From: an uncultured Actinomycetes bacterium
GTDB taxonomy: Bacteria; Actinomycetota; Actinomycetes; S36-B12; UBA10799
DNA length: 64,000 nucleotides
Assembly (NCBI GenBank): GCA_963752505.1
Contig: CAVVYM010000004.1
Location: 177,278-241,277, forward strand
Direction: 5' to 3'
The notes under the pieces were generated by a model. The model searched no databases, had not been told where the DNA came from, and worked only from the letters and a program-made list of their open reading frames with translations. Below, piece after piece: positions 53,784 through 63,178 of this stretch. The position numbers and the translations under genes were made by a program. Positions within the stretch are counted from its first letter, which is position 1. Every line of letters begins with the position of its first letter.

Positions 53784-54191
53784 TCAGTCGGTGGTGATCT
53801 GACCGGCGAAGGCCTGCTTCGTAGCCTCGATCTGGGCCATGCTCTGCTCGGGGCCACTTATCGACTCCAGTCGCTTCTTGCCTATGACGCCGAGGATCGC
53901 GGCCACGATTGCGAGCACGAGGGCGACGATGCCGAATCCAGCCCACACCGGTAGTCCCACAGCCACCAAGACGTAGGCGATGGTGACCAACAAGAAGACG
54001 AAGAAGAGCACTCCCAGGAAGGCCGCGATGCCGAGCAGGGCCATCGACTTCCCGGCGGTCTTCGCACTTGACTGCAGTTCCATCTTGGTGAGTGCGATTT
54101 GGTCGGAGATGAGCAGTTTGACGTCGGCGGTCGCCGACGAGACCAACTCAGGAATGCTGGGTTCACTTTGTTGCCGCGTGGTTGCAGCCAT
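53784..54191 (-). CDS. phage-holin-family (Phage_holin_3_6/DUF1469-like) membrane protein
   Basis: MAATTRQQSEPSIPELVSSATADVKLLISDQIALTKMELQSSAK is followed by two TM helices. This is the typical architecture of the family. Confidence 0.55.
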   Translation of the reverse strand: MAATTRQQSEPSIPELVSSATADVKLLISDQIALTKMELQSSAKTAGKSMALLGIAAFLGVLFFVFLLVTIAYVLVAVGLPVWAGFGIVALVLAIVAAILGVIGKKRLESISGPEQSMAQIEATKQAFAGQITTD

Positions 54192-54222
54192 GACGTCCTC
54201 CACAAGTCGAAGTGGGCCCAGG

Positions 54223-55515
54223 CTATCCCGATGGGGGGTGCGGTCGCTGGTAGACGTCAGGTATCCCGTCGCCATCCTCGTCCCTCTCCTCCTCGTCATG
54301 CACCTTCCGGTAGATGCGGGAACGGCTGAGTAGGGCGACGGCGGCGATCAGGGCGGCTATCAACGATCCTGCCAAGACGCCGACCTTGGCCGACTCCAGC
54401 AGGGGTTCGGACTCCTCATATGCCAACTCCGCTATGAGGAGGGAGACGGTGAAGCCAATGCCCGCCACGAAGCCGACGGCTAACACGTCACGCCAACCCA
54501 GAGAGGCCGCGAGCGAGGCCCTGGTGAACCGGGCGGTGATCCAAGCCCCGGCAACCACCCCGATGGGCTTCCCCAGCACCAAACCGAGGATGACACCAAG
54601 CGCGATCGGCGATGTGAGCGTGGCCCCGAGGTCGGCGCCGCGCAGATCAACCCCGGCGGCGAAGAAGGCGAAGATGGGAACGCAGAAGCCCGCGCTGAGT
54701 GGTTGCACGCGACGCTGGAGGCGTTCGGCGGGGCTTGCAGCCTCACCGGGGTCAGTTCGAACCCGCGTGAGGAGCCCGAGCGCCACACCGGCGATGGTCG
54801 CGTGCACCCCGGATTCATGGATGAGCACCCACACTGCGAGGGCGAGTGGAATGTAGATGAACATCGATCGCACCCGCGCGTGCTGCAGCCAGGCGTAGAG
54901 GCCGAGCAGTGCGATGGCGCCCACGAACGGCAGGATCTCGAACGAGTCCGAGTAGAACAACGCGATCACGATGATGGCGCCGAGGTCGTCCACCACTGCG
55001 AGCGTGAGCAGGAACGCCCGCAGGGCGACAGGCAAGTGGCGCCCCACCACCGCCAGCACTGCCAGGGCGAACGCAATGTCGGTCGCCATCGGGATGCCCC
55101 AACCCTTCGGTTGGCCATCGCTGGAGGTGATGTTGATGATGACGAAAATCAGGGCTGGCACCACCATGCCGCCGAGGGCCGCGGCCACCGGCACCGCCGC
55201 CTTGCGTCGCTCGGCGAGAGAACCGAGCACCAATTCGTGCTTGAGCTCCAACCCGGCGACGAAGAAGAAGACGGCGAGTAGTCCGTCGGCCGCCCACGTG
55301 CTCACCGACAGGTCAAGGTGGAGAGCCGCGGGGCCGATGACGGTGTCCGATACCTCCTGGTACCAATCGCCCCACCGGCTATTGGCCAGGAACAGGGCGA
55401 GGGCCGCAGCCACCAGCAGCAGGACACCGCCGACGGTTTCTTCGCGCAGGACCCGCAGCAGCCAGACCCGCTCGGTGAGCGTCGGTTGGCCGAACATTTC
55501 CTCGGTGGTGGTCAT
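54223..55515 (-). CDS. nhaA: Na+/H+ antiporter NhaA
   Basis: LREETVGGVLLLVAAALALFLANS, LAVVDDLGAI and FFAAGV. An acidic C-terminal tail is present. An alternative start lies at 55545. Confidence 0.85.
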   Translation of the reverse strand: MTTTEEMFGQPTLTERVWLLRVLREETVGGVLLLVAAALALFLANSRWGDWYQEVSDTVIGPAALHLDLSVSTWAADGLLAVFFFVAGLELKHELVLGSLAERRKAAVPVAAALGGMVVPALIFVIINITSSDGQPKGWGIPMATDIAFALAVLAVVGRHLPVALRAFLLTLAVVDDLGAIIVIALFYSDSFEILPFVGAIALLGLYAWLQHARVRSMFIYIPLALAVWVLIHESGVHATIAGVALGLLTRVRTDPGEAASPAERLQRRVQPLSAGFCVPIFAFFAAGVDLRGADLGATLTSPIALGVILGLVLGKPIGVVAGAWITARFTRASLAASLGWRDVLAVGFVAGIGFTVSLLIAELAYEESEPLLESAKVGVLAGSLIAALIAAVALLSRSRIYRKVHDEEERDEDGDGIPDVYQRPHPPSG

Positions 55516-55743
55516 CGATTCTTGCTGCACGGAACGCGACTCCAAACCTCCCGCCGTGTGGTCGGCGCGATGGCATCACCATACCCGCGCGGCGGAGGCA
55601 ACACGGCTCGGTGACGAGGGATGATCGGCATCGGGGATTTGTGGCCAATCCCATTCGCGCGGCGAGGCACGTTTGATACTCCGGCTTCGTGGGTCAAGAT
55701 GTCATACCCAAGAAATCTTGAGACGCAACCGGAAAGGTAGCCC

Positions 55744-56997
55744 ATGTCCCCCAGCGGTCGACATGCCGCCGCAAGGTACCGACTCAACGCCAAGGTCGTG
55801 GTCACCTCCGCGCTGGCGCTCGCAGCTGGGGCGGGGTTGATCGCCGGGGGTTTCCTTCCCGCGGCAGGGGGTGCGGCGCCAACGGCCAACGAAGCCGCGA
55901 CGGAAACTGATCTGCTGGTCGCCGACGAATCGGACCTCGACGTGCCGGTCGGGCAACGCCTGACCGTCGGGACCACCACCCCGCCGGCCGAACAGCCCGA
56001 GTTCCAGGTGACGAAGCTGGCGCCCGGCGAGCAGCCGCCACAATTCGTGGTCGTCAGTTTTGATGGTTCCTGCGAAACTACGGACGGCATCATGCGCCAC
56101 TACCTCGACACCGCTGAGGCCGTCGAGGGCAACTTCGTGTTTAACCTCTCGGGCATCTGCGTGCTGCCGCGCAACGACATGAAGTACAACTACCAGCCAC
56201 CCGGGCGACCCGCGGGGAGTTCGGATATCGGATTCGCCGTTCCCGAGTGGGTGCCGTCGCGCATTGTCACGTGGACCGAGGCGTACGAGACCGGCCACGA
56301 GATCGCCACGCACTACTTGGGCCACTTCTGCGGACCCAACGGGGTGCAGACCTGGACTACGGCGGACTGGACGAGTGAGATCGAACAGTTCAACGACTTC
56401 CTCGTCAACTGGCCGACGTACAACCCAGACCTCGTCGGCGTGGAGGAGCTGCCGTTCGACCCCTCCGTCATCAAGGGCGGCCGCACCCCTTGCCTTGAAG
56501 GCCAGCGGGATCAGATGTATCCCGCCATGGTGGCGGCCGGCTACACCTATGAGGCCTCGAATTCCGGCAAACTGAGGTGGCCGACGAAGGTGGCTGGATA
56601 CGACCTGTGGGATTTTCCACTCCAAGAGATCAAACTCCAGGGCCACGGCTATAACGTGCTGTCGATGGACTACAACTTCCTGGCCAATCTCAACGGCGGC
56701 GAGACCATGGCCGAGCCGGCCAAGTGCGCAGAGATCGAGGAGACGGTCTACCAGTCGTACATGACCGCGGGCGAGGCTTTGTACCAGGGCAACCGGGCAC
56801 CGTTCTTCATCGGCAACCACTTCAACGAGTGGGCTTGCGGGGCGTTCACCGACTCCTTGACGCGCTTCATCAACGATTTTCACGCCGAGCACCCCGACGT
56901 CCAGTTCGTCACCAATGTGCAACTCGAACAGTGGCTGGAAGCGCAGGATCCGGCGGTCATCGCCGAGTTGCAGGCCCGCGAGCCCCAGGTCTACTAG
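55744..56997 (+). CDS. secreted polysaccharide deacetylase-like (NodB/CE4-like) protein
   Basis: N-terminal TM/signal segment. VVVSFDGS and GHEIATHYLGH resemble the CE4 Asp and His-His metal motifs. Assignment is tentative. Confidence 0.45.
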   Translation: MSPSGRHAAARYRLNAKVVVTSALALAAGAGLIAGGFLPAAGGAAPTANEAATETDLLVADESDLDVPVGQRLTVGTTTPPAEQPEFQVTKLAPGEQPPQFVVVSFDGSCETTDGIMRHYLDTAEAVEGNFVFNLSGICVLPRNDMKYNYQPPGRPAGSSDIGFAVPEWVPSRIVTWTEAYETGHEIATHYLGHFCGPNGVQTWTTADWTSEIEQFNDFLVNWPTYNPDLVGVEELPFDPSVIKGGRTPCLEGQRDQMYPAMVAAGYTYEASNSGKLRWPTKVAGYDLWDFPLQEIKLQGHGYNVLSMDYNFLANLNGGETMAEPAKCAEIEETVYQSYMTAGEALYQGNRAPFFIGNHFNEWACGAFTDSLTRFINDFHAEHPDVQFVTNVQLEQWLEAQDPAVIAELQAREPQVY

Positions 56998-57000
56998 CGC

Positions 57001-57831
57001 ATGGCTGCGGATCCGCTGGGCGCGCTGACCCAACTGCCGGGGGTGGCGGATTCTGTGGCGAACGTGCGCACCGCCGTCGACGCGGTGCTGTGGCCGCGCA
57101 ACCTAGGCGGCGATGGCCCGCAGTTGGCGGTGGCCTCCCGCGTGCACGGCGCTCAGGCGTCGGCAGCCATCGACGGGATCGACTTCGCAACTGAGGCGTG
57201 GTGGAGCGGGGATGCCTGGGAGGACTCCCCTATGGGCCGCATCGCCGCGGGGGTGTGGCGCGGCTATCGCGAGTTGCCCAACCTGGTTGACGTGTGGCGT
57301 TCCGCGCCGCTGCAGGCGCTGGCCAGGCTGCACGCCCTCGTCGCCAAGGGCATTGAGGACGACGCGGCGTTGGGCCGGCCGCGGGAGGGAGATGTGACCG
57401 ATCCCTTGCGGCTGGGGCCGCCGGGCGACGTGGCCGAGTTGGGTGCGCGACTCTCCCTGCTCGGAAGCCTCGTCGGCAAGGGCACGTCCGCACCGGCCGT
57501 GGTGGAGGCGGCCGTCGTGCACGGCGAGCTGATGGCGCTGCGGCCCTTCGCGACGGGTTCCGGGCACGTCGCCCGGATGGCCTCGCGACTGGTGCTGGCC
57601 TCGCGGGGCCTGGATCCGGATCAGTTGACCGTGCCCGAGATCGGCATCATGCAAGTGGGGCGGCCGAGATACGTCGACGCCCTCCGGCGCTACCAGTCGG
57701 GCAGCAGCGACGGCGTCGCAGACTGGATCAACTACTTCGCCACCACCGTGATCACCGGAGCCGCGGCTGCGGACGAAATTCTTTCGGGAATTCGGGGGAA
57801 TGGGGTTGGCAACGCCGCCGGGGAGGAGTAG
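57001..57831 (+). CDS. conserved actinobacterial protein with a degenerate Fic-like core
   Basis: AAVVHGELMALRPFATGSGHVARMASRLVL resembles the Fic HPFx[DE]GNGRxxR helix-loop, but the His-Pro and Asn-Gly-Arg positions are altered. Confidence 0.4.
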   Translation: MAADPLGALTQLPGVADSVANVRTAVDAVLWPRNLGGDGPQLAVASRVHGAQASAAIDGIDFATEAWWSGDAWEDSPMGRIAAGVWRGYRELPNLVDVWRSAPLQALARLHALVAKGIEDDAALGRPREGDVTDPLRLGPPGDVAELGARLSLLGSLVGKGTSAPAVVEAAVVHGELMALRPFATGSGHVARMASRLVLASRGLDPDQLTVPEIGIMQVGRPRYVDALRRYQSGSSDGVADWINYFATTVITGAAAADEILSGIRGNGVGNAAGEE

Positions 57832-57987
57832 AAAAGGTGGTGAAGGAAAACTTCACAGCGTTCGCCGGTCAGGCACCCACGCGGCGCCCAACCCACGATA
57901 AAGGGTCATGGACAATTGACCGTCCCTGCGGGGATACACATGCGTCCAAAAGGATTGCACGCTTGATCACCTGACACGGCGAAACAT

Positions 57988-58025
57988 AGGGCGTCCGCTG
58001 CTTCGCGGGCGCCCTTTCCTTTTGG
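57988..58025. terminator. intrinsic terminator hairpin between convergent genes
   Basis: AGGGCGTCCGC-TGCTTC-GCGGGCGCCCT forms an 11-bp stem including one G-U pair. It is followed by TTCCTTTTGG on the plus strand. Confidence 0.65.
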
Positions 58026-58071
58026 CAGGCAGGTGCGCGGGTCCCTCGGTTCGGTGCGGGCAGCGGCGGAC

Positions 58072-58863
58072 CTAGCGGTGGGAGCGGCGGCGCGCGTACC
58101 AGGCGACGCCTAGCGCGACGGCAGCCGCCGCCCCGCCCGCAGCACCGGCCTTCCGCGCTCGCTCAGCGCGGGCGGCCACGATGGCCTCCGGGCGTTCGAA
58201 ATCTAGGATGGGCCAGCCCCGCTCCTCCGCGATTACCCGCAACTCGTCGTCCGGGTTCACCGCCCGAGGGTGTCCCACCGCTTCCAGCATGGGCAGGTCG
58301 GTTGCCGAATCCGTGTAGGCGTAGGACTCGGAGAGGTCGTAGCCTGACTCTTCGCTGAGGGCGCGTATGGCAGCGGCCTTGTTCTCGCCGTAGGCGTAGA
58401 ACAGAATGTCGCCGGTGTAGCGGCCCTCGTCATCGATGACCATCTGGGTGCCGACGGCGCGATCCACTCCCAGTCGGTCACAGATCGGCTCGACGATCTC
58501 GGTTCCCGAAGATGAGATGACGATCACGTCACGTCCGGCTTCCTGGTGCCCGGCGATGAGGTCCACCGCCTCGCTGAACACGATCGGATCGACAACTTGA
58601 TCCAGTGTGTCCGCGACGATCTGGCGGACCTGGTCGACCGGCCAGCCCTTGCACAGCGCTTGAAGGTACGCGCGCATCTGTTCCATCTGATCGTGGTCAG
58701 CGCCGGAGGTGAGGAACACGAACTGGGCGTAGGCGCTCTTCAGTACCGCGCTGCGACCGATAAGTCCACCGTCGTACAGCGGCTTGGCGAAAGCGAGCGA
58801 GCTGGACTTGGCCAGGATGGTCTTGTCGAGGTCGAAGAAGGCGGCTCCGTTCACGCCCGTCAT
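58072..58863 (-). CDS. HAD-IB family hydrolase (SerB-like) with C-terminal anchor
   Basis: AAFFDLDKT (DxD motif), ISSSGTE, AYTDSATDLPML, and a C-terminal hydrophobic/Arg-rich tail. Positional equivalent of Rv3661. Confidence 0.75.
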   Translation of the reverse strand: MTGVNGAAFFDLDKTILAKSSSLAFAKPLYDGGLIGRSAVLKSAYAQFVFLTSGADHDQMEQMRAYLQALCKGWPVDQVRQIVADTLDQVVDPIVFSEAVDLIAGHQEAGRDVIVISSSGTEIVEPICDRLGVDRAVGTQMVIDDEGRYTGDILFYAYGENKAAAIRALSEESGYDLSESYAYTDSATDLPMLEAVGHPRAVNPDDELRVIAEERGWPILDFERPEAIVAARAERARKAGAAGGAAAAVALGVAWYARRRSHR

Positions 58864-58971
58864 GGTACGCGTGCTGGCAAGCCGACTCGAGGCGTCCAGC
58901 GCGCTGCGGAGCCCGGCCAGGGATCCCGGACCCGAATGCGCGTGAAATCGCGCCTATGGCATGATCATCTT

Positions 58972-59061
58972 CGCCGCTCTTCGGAGTGGCCAACGCCGAG
59001 ATACCCCCCCCTCGGCGCGAGGACCCCCGCTACCCCCCCCGGCGGGGGTCCTCCCTTTTCC
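58972..59061 (+). ncRNA. 6C small RNA
   Basis: Two hairpins with C-rich loops. The first is CGCCGAG-ATACCCCCCC-CTCGGCG (58994-59017). The second is GAGGACCCCCGC-TACCCCCCCCG-GCGGGGGTCCTC (59019-59053), followed by CCTTTTCC. It lies between the HAD gene and ssd, in the same orientation as ssd, as recalled for mycobacterial B11/6C. The 5' end is approximate. Confidence 0.8.
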
Positions 59062-59137
59062 ACAGGTTCCACGCTCGCTCTGGTCCCGACCGAAACTGCG
59101 GGCAAGGATCGATGGCGTGAGTAACGGGGGGAACTCG

Positions 59138-60277
59138 ATGGTGCCACCGATGCACCGTGACGCTGCCCATCGCGCGCCGCCACAGGTGCTCGTGGTCACC
59201 GCTGATCCGGTGTTGACCGACGATGTCCTGCGACTCGGTGCGGCCGTGGGTGTGTCGGTGACGGTTGCCCCCGATGCGCTGGCGGCGGTGCCCATGTGGC
59301 AACTCGCCGAACTGGTTCTCGTCGACGCCCGCTCGGTGTCGGCGATCAGCACCCTCGGATTGCCCCGGCGCTCCCGCGCGGTGCTGGTGGCGGATCCACC
59401 GGTGGCTGCGAATGTGTGGCAGGCCGCGGTCGCAGTCGGGATCACCGCGGTGGTCAGTCTTCCCGCCGGCGAGGGCTGGCTTGTGGAGGCGTTCGCCGAG
59501 GCGACCTCCAGAGTGGCCACCCTTGCACCGATAGCGACGGTGGTGGGCGCTCGCGGCGGGGCGGGCGCGTCGGTGTTGGCCGTGGCCCTGGCGTGGGTGG
59601 CTGCGGCTGAGGGGCTCGCCAGCTACCTCGTGGATCTCGACCCCTTGGGCTGCGGCGCTCACGTGATGCTGGGGTTGGATCACCTCCCGGGCAGTGGCTG
59701 GGACGACCTCGACGACACGGCGGGCAGGGTGCCGCCAAGTGCCCTGCGCGCCGGCCTGCCGGCGGTGGCTGGCGTCAAACTTCTGGGCTGGCCCGGTGCG
59801 GGGGAGGAACCGCCGCGCACCGCTGTGGCCCCGGGGGTGGCGGGAGCCGCGATTGATGCGGCAGCCCGCGATGGCGATGTGGTGATCGTCGATGTACCCC
59901 GATGGGCCTGCTTCAGCGAATCCGACCACGGCAGTTTCGCCATGGAGGCATTGACGCGCAGCAGCCGAGTCATCCTCGTTGCGTCCGCGGACGTCAGGTC
60001 GGCGCTGGCCGGGAAGCGGCTACTGGCCCAGGACCCGTTGCGCGGACTGCCGGTGGGGCTGGTCGTGCGCGGCCCCTCACCCGGCGGGATCACAGCGAGC
60101 GACGTGGCCGGGGCGCTCGAGGTCCCGCTGCTGGGGTTCGTGCCGCACGAACGAGGCCTGGACCGCCTCTTGGAGGACGGCTTCCCCCCGGGATCAAAGC
60201 GTGGATCGCCGCTTCGGGCTTGTGCACGCACGTTGCTGGCCGGGCTCGCCGAGACCCGCAGCGGCGGTGGCAGCTGA
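59138..60277 (+). CDS. ssd: septum site-determining protein Ssd / CpaE-like ParA-family protein of the tad locus
   Basis: A receiver-like N-terminal domain (VLVVTADPVL...) is followed by a degenerate ParA/MinD P-loop (VVGARGGAGASVLAVALA). It lies directly upstream of, and overlaps, the CpaF-type ATPase gene. Confidence 0.7.
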   Translation: MVPPMHRDAAHRAPPQVLVVTADPVLTDDVLRLGAAVGVSVTVAPDALAAVPMWQLAELVLVDARSVSAISTLGLPRRSRAVLVADPPVAANVWQAAVAVGITAVVSLPAGEGWLVEAFAEATSRVATLAPIATVVGARGGAGASVLAVALAWVAAAEGLASYLVDLDPLGCGAHVMLGLDHLPGSGWDDLDDTAGRVPPSALRAGLPAVAGVKLLGWPGAGEEPPRTAVAPGVAGAAIDAAARDGDVVIVDVPRWACFSESDHGSFAMEALTRSSRVILVASADVRSALAGKRLLAQDPLRGLPVGLVVRGPSPGGITASDVAGALEVPLLGFVPHERGLDRLLEDGFPPGSKRGSPLRACARTLLAGLAETRSGGGS

Positions 60278-61437
60278 TGGGCGCCGGGTCTGCCCCGCTG
60301 GTGGACCGTGTGCGCGGGAGGCTCATCGCGACCGGTGCCGACCCGTCGCCGGCGAAGGTGGCCGAGGCTCTGCGCGAAGAGGGGTTGCTGCTGGGGGATT
60401 CGGCGCTGATGGCGCTGGTGTCGGAACTGCGGTCGGAACTGGCCGGCGCGGGGCCGTTGGAACTGCTGATGGCCGACGAACAGGTGTCCGACGTGCTCGT
60501 CAACGCGCCTGATTCGGTGTGGGTGGATCGCGGTTCCGGGCTGGAGGAATCGTCGGTTCGCTTCGTCGATGAGGCCGCGGTGCGCAGATTGGCGCAACGC
60601 TTGGCCGCTCTCGCGGGCCGCCGACTTGACGATGCATCGCCCTACGTCGATGCGCGACTGCCCGACGGCGCGCGGCTGCACGCAGTCATCCCACCAGTCG
60701 CGCCACGCGGCACCTGCATCTCCATCCGGGTTCCGCGCAAGCGGGGATTCTCCCTGCCCGATCTTGTTGCTGCGCGCATGATTCCGGCCGATGGCGCCCG
60801 GTGGCTGCGCAAGGTGGTAGAGCAGCGGTTGGCGTTCCTGGTGAGCGGTGGAACCGGGGCCGGCAAGACCACCCTGCTGTCGACCCTGCTCTCACTCGCT
60901 CCACAGCGGGATCGACTGTTGGTGGTCGAGGACTCGAGCGAGCTCGATCCGCAGCACCCGCACGTCGTCCGGCTGGAGTCGCGACCGGCGAATGTCGAAG
61001 GCGTCGGCGCCGTGACGCTGCGCGACCTGGTGCGTCAAGCACTGCGGATGCGACCGGACCGCCTCGTGCTGGGTGAGGTGCGAGGCGCCGAGGTCGTGGA
61101 CTTGCTCGCCGCTCTCAACACGGGCCACGAGGGTGGCTGTGGCACCCTGCACGCCAACTCCGCAGCGGACGTCCCTGCCCGGTTGGAAGCCCTGGCGCTC
61201 GCAGCGGGACTACCCAGGGAGGCGCTCCACGCTCAGGTGGCTGCAGGTCTTGATGCCGTCATCCACGTTGATCGGAGCACCAGTGGGCATCGTCTGGTCA
61301 AGGAGATCTGCGTGCTCGCCCCACACGACGACCACCTCGTTCGAGCCGTCCCGGCCCTGCGGTTCGAAGACGGCGAGGTGGCGCACGGTCCTGGGCGCGA
61401 CTGGCTGGCTGCGCGACTGCGGTGGTCCCCGCAATGA
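60277..61437 (+). CDS. tadA: TadA/CpaF family secretion ATPase
   Basis: Walker A VSGGTGAGKTTLLSTLL, Asp box, Walker B LLVVEDSSEL, and His box GHEGGCGTLHANS. Confidence 0.85.
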   Translation: MGAGSAPLVDRVRGRLIATGADPSPAKVAEALREEGLLLGDSALMALVSELRSELAGAGPLELLMADEQVSDVLVNAPDSVWVDRGSGLEESSVRFVDEAAVRRLAQRLAALAGRRLDDASPYVDARLPDGARLHAVIPPVAPRGTCISIRVPRKRGFSLPDLVAARMIPADGARWLRKVVEQRLAFLVSGGTGAGKTTLLSTLLSLAPQRDRLLVVEDSSELDPQHPHVVRLESRPANVEGVGAVTLRDLVRQALRMRPDRLVLGEVRGAEVVDLLAALNTGHEGGCGTLHANSAADVPARLEALALAAGLPREALHAQVAAGLDAVIHVDRSTSGHRLVKEICVLAPHDDHLVRAVPALRFEDGEVAHGPGRDWLAARLRWSPQ

Positions 61438-62129
61438 TCGTCGTCGCAGCGGGTGTGCTCTTGCTGGTGGCGGCGTTGCTGTGGGGGGTCTCGAGTGCCC
61501 ATCGGCTGCGACCACGAGACTGGCGGTCCCCCGGCCAGCGTGCGTTCGGCCGCCTCGTCGCGGCCGCGCGCCGAGTATGGCGTCGTCAGGCGAGGCTCAC
61601 GGCTCGGCGCCGGGCGGCCGCCGACGTTGTGCTCAGCCTGTCTGCCGAGTTGGCCACCGGGGTGCCGCCGGAGACCGCCCTGCAACGGGCTGGAGCGGGA
61701 CGTGACTTCATGCGTCGGGCCACCGGCGCAGTGCGGATCGGCGGGGATGTCGCTGCGGCGCTGCGAGCCGACGCAGATGAGAACGGCCTGCCGGTGCTCG
61801 CCGGTGTCGCTGTGGTCTGGCAGGTGTCCGAAGGATCGGGTGCGGGGCTGGCCGACGCGACCCATCGGCTCGGATCGGCCGCGCTGCAGCGCGAGCGCAT
61901 GCGACGGGACTTGGCCGCCCAGATGGCGGGACCCAAGGCGACGGCCCGGGTGTTGGCGCTGCTACCCGCGGTAGGTCTCCTCCTGGGAAGCGGGCTGGGC
62001 GGATCCCCTGTGACCTGGCTCCTCGGCACCCCCGCGGGCTGGGCTCTGCTGGTTGTGGGCGTTGGTTTGGAGGTCGCCGGCTTGCTGTGGGTGCGCCGAC
62101 TGGTACGCAGCGTGGAGCGTCACCTATGA
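61434..62129 (+). CDS. tadB: type II secretion system F family protein (TadB-like)
   Basis: ATGA overlap with the ATPase gene. TM-cytoplasmic-TM architecture and its position in the tad locus. Confidence 0.65.
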   Translation: MIVVAAGVLLLVAALLWGVSSAHRLRPRDWRSPGQRAFGRLVAAARRVWRRQARLTARRRAAADVVLSLSAELATGVPPETALQRAGAGRDFMRRATGAVRIGGDVAAALRADADENGLPVLAGVAVVWQVSEGSGAGLADATHRLGSAALQRERMRRDLAAQMAGPKATARVLALLPAVGLLLGSGLGGSPVTWLLGTPAGWALLVVGVGLEVAGLLWVRRLVRSVERHL

Positions 62130-62851
62130 GCGCCGTGGCCGCCCTCCTGATCGGGCTGGCGCTCGCGGTCTGGCTCGGTACGACAGCAACGCCGCGGCTA
62201 CGGCCGGCCGTGGTTGCGGCGCCCCGAGATGCTTCCCCCGGAAAGGCATCGCGCCGGCTCCACGCCGTGGTCAGCCTGGCGGCCGGTGTGGCGGCTTGGG
62301 TGTTCATCGGCGGCTGGCCGGGGGCGTTCGCGGGCGCGCTCGTCGCCGCTGCCCTCTACCGCACGTTGGGTGCCTTGGACGAGCGGGCTGAGCGGGCTGA
62401 CGATGAACTGCTCGGTGCCCAAGCGGCAGATATGGCCGACATGCTGGGGGCGTGCGTTGCTTCGGGTGCGGGTCTGGAGAGCGCCACGATTCAGGTGGCC
62501 GCGGCGCTGCCCGCTCCGGCCAGCGAAGTCCTGGCCCATGCCGCGGCCCAGCTGTCGCTCGGCGCACCAGTAGCTCGCGCCTGGTCGGAACTGCTCGGCC
62601 ACGAGGCGACCGCGCCGATTGCCCGGGCCATCGTTCGCTCGCTCGATTCGGGCGCACCGATGGCCGACGCGTTGACCGGCTGTGCTGCTGAACTCCGTGA
62701 CATCCGTCGCGCGCGCATCGAGGTGATGGCGCAATCGGTCGCGGTGAAGGCCGTCGGCCCCCTCGGACTCTGCTTCCTACCGGCCTTTCTGTTGATCGGC
62801 GTCGTGCCGCTGGTGGCCGGTTTGGTGACGGAGTCCATCGACCTGTTCTGA
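62126..62851 (+). CDS. tadC: type II secretion system F family protein (TadC-like)
   Basis: ATGA overlap with the tadB-like gene. MSAVAALLIGLALAVWLG and C-terminal TM helices. Confidence 0.6.
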   Translation: MSAVAALLIGLALAVWLGTTATPRLRPAVVAAPRDASPGKASRRLHAVVSLAAGVAAWVFIGGWPGAFAGALVAAALYRTLGALDERAERADDELLGAQAADMADMLGACVASGAGLESATIQVAAALPAPASEVLAHAAAQLSLGAPVARAWSELLGHEATAPIARAIVRSLDSGAPMADALTGCAAELRDIRRARIEVMAQSVAVKAVGPLGLCFLPAFLLIGVVPLVAGLVTESIDLF

Positions 62852-62988
62852 CCATCCACAGATGTCGATTGGGTGCTTTCACTGCGCGTATGGACGAGCG
62901 CAGTGTGGTGCCCGCGTCGGATCCTCTGACGCCCGCATTCGTGCGGTACTTCGCCCGACCTCGTTCGGGCGTGACGGGGAGGTTGTTC

Positions 62989-63174
62989 ATGTCAGCAGAG
63001 TTGGTCAGGCGTGCCCACGCCGACGAGCAGGGAATGTCGACGGCCGAGTATGCGGTGGGGACTGTGGCGGCGGTCGGCTTCGGCGGCATCTTGGTCAAGT
63101 TGCTCACCAGCCCCGAAGTGCAGGAGCTGCTCTTCGCGATCATCCAGAAGGCGCTCACCTGGTTGTTCGGATAG
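62989..63174 (+). CDS. Flp-like pilin / DUF4244 family small protein
   Basis: GGGGAGG lies 6-7 nt upstream of the ATG. The 61-aa product has the MSTAEYAVGTVAAVGFGGILV core typical of the Rv3656c-type pilin. Confidence 0.6.
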   Translation: MSAELVRRAHADEQGMSTAEYAVGTVAAVGFGGILVKLLTSPEVQELLFAIIQKALTWLFG

Positions 63175-63178
63175 CCAG

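Noticed and set aside
57837-57974. 45-codon ORF (VVKENFTAFAGQAPTRRPTHDKGSWTIDRPCGDTHASKRIARLIT) after a GAAAAGG site.
   Set aside because: GC3 is only about 62% by hand count, well below what I would expect for coding sequence in a genome this GC-rich, and there is no recognisable family. The region is treated as non-coding or an sRNA candidate instead.
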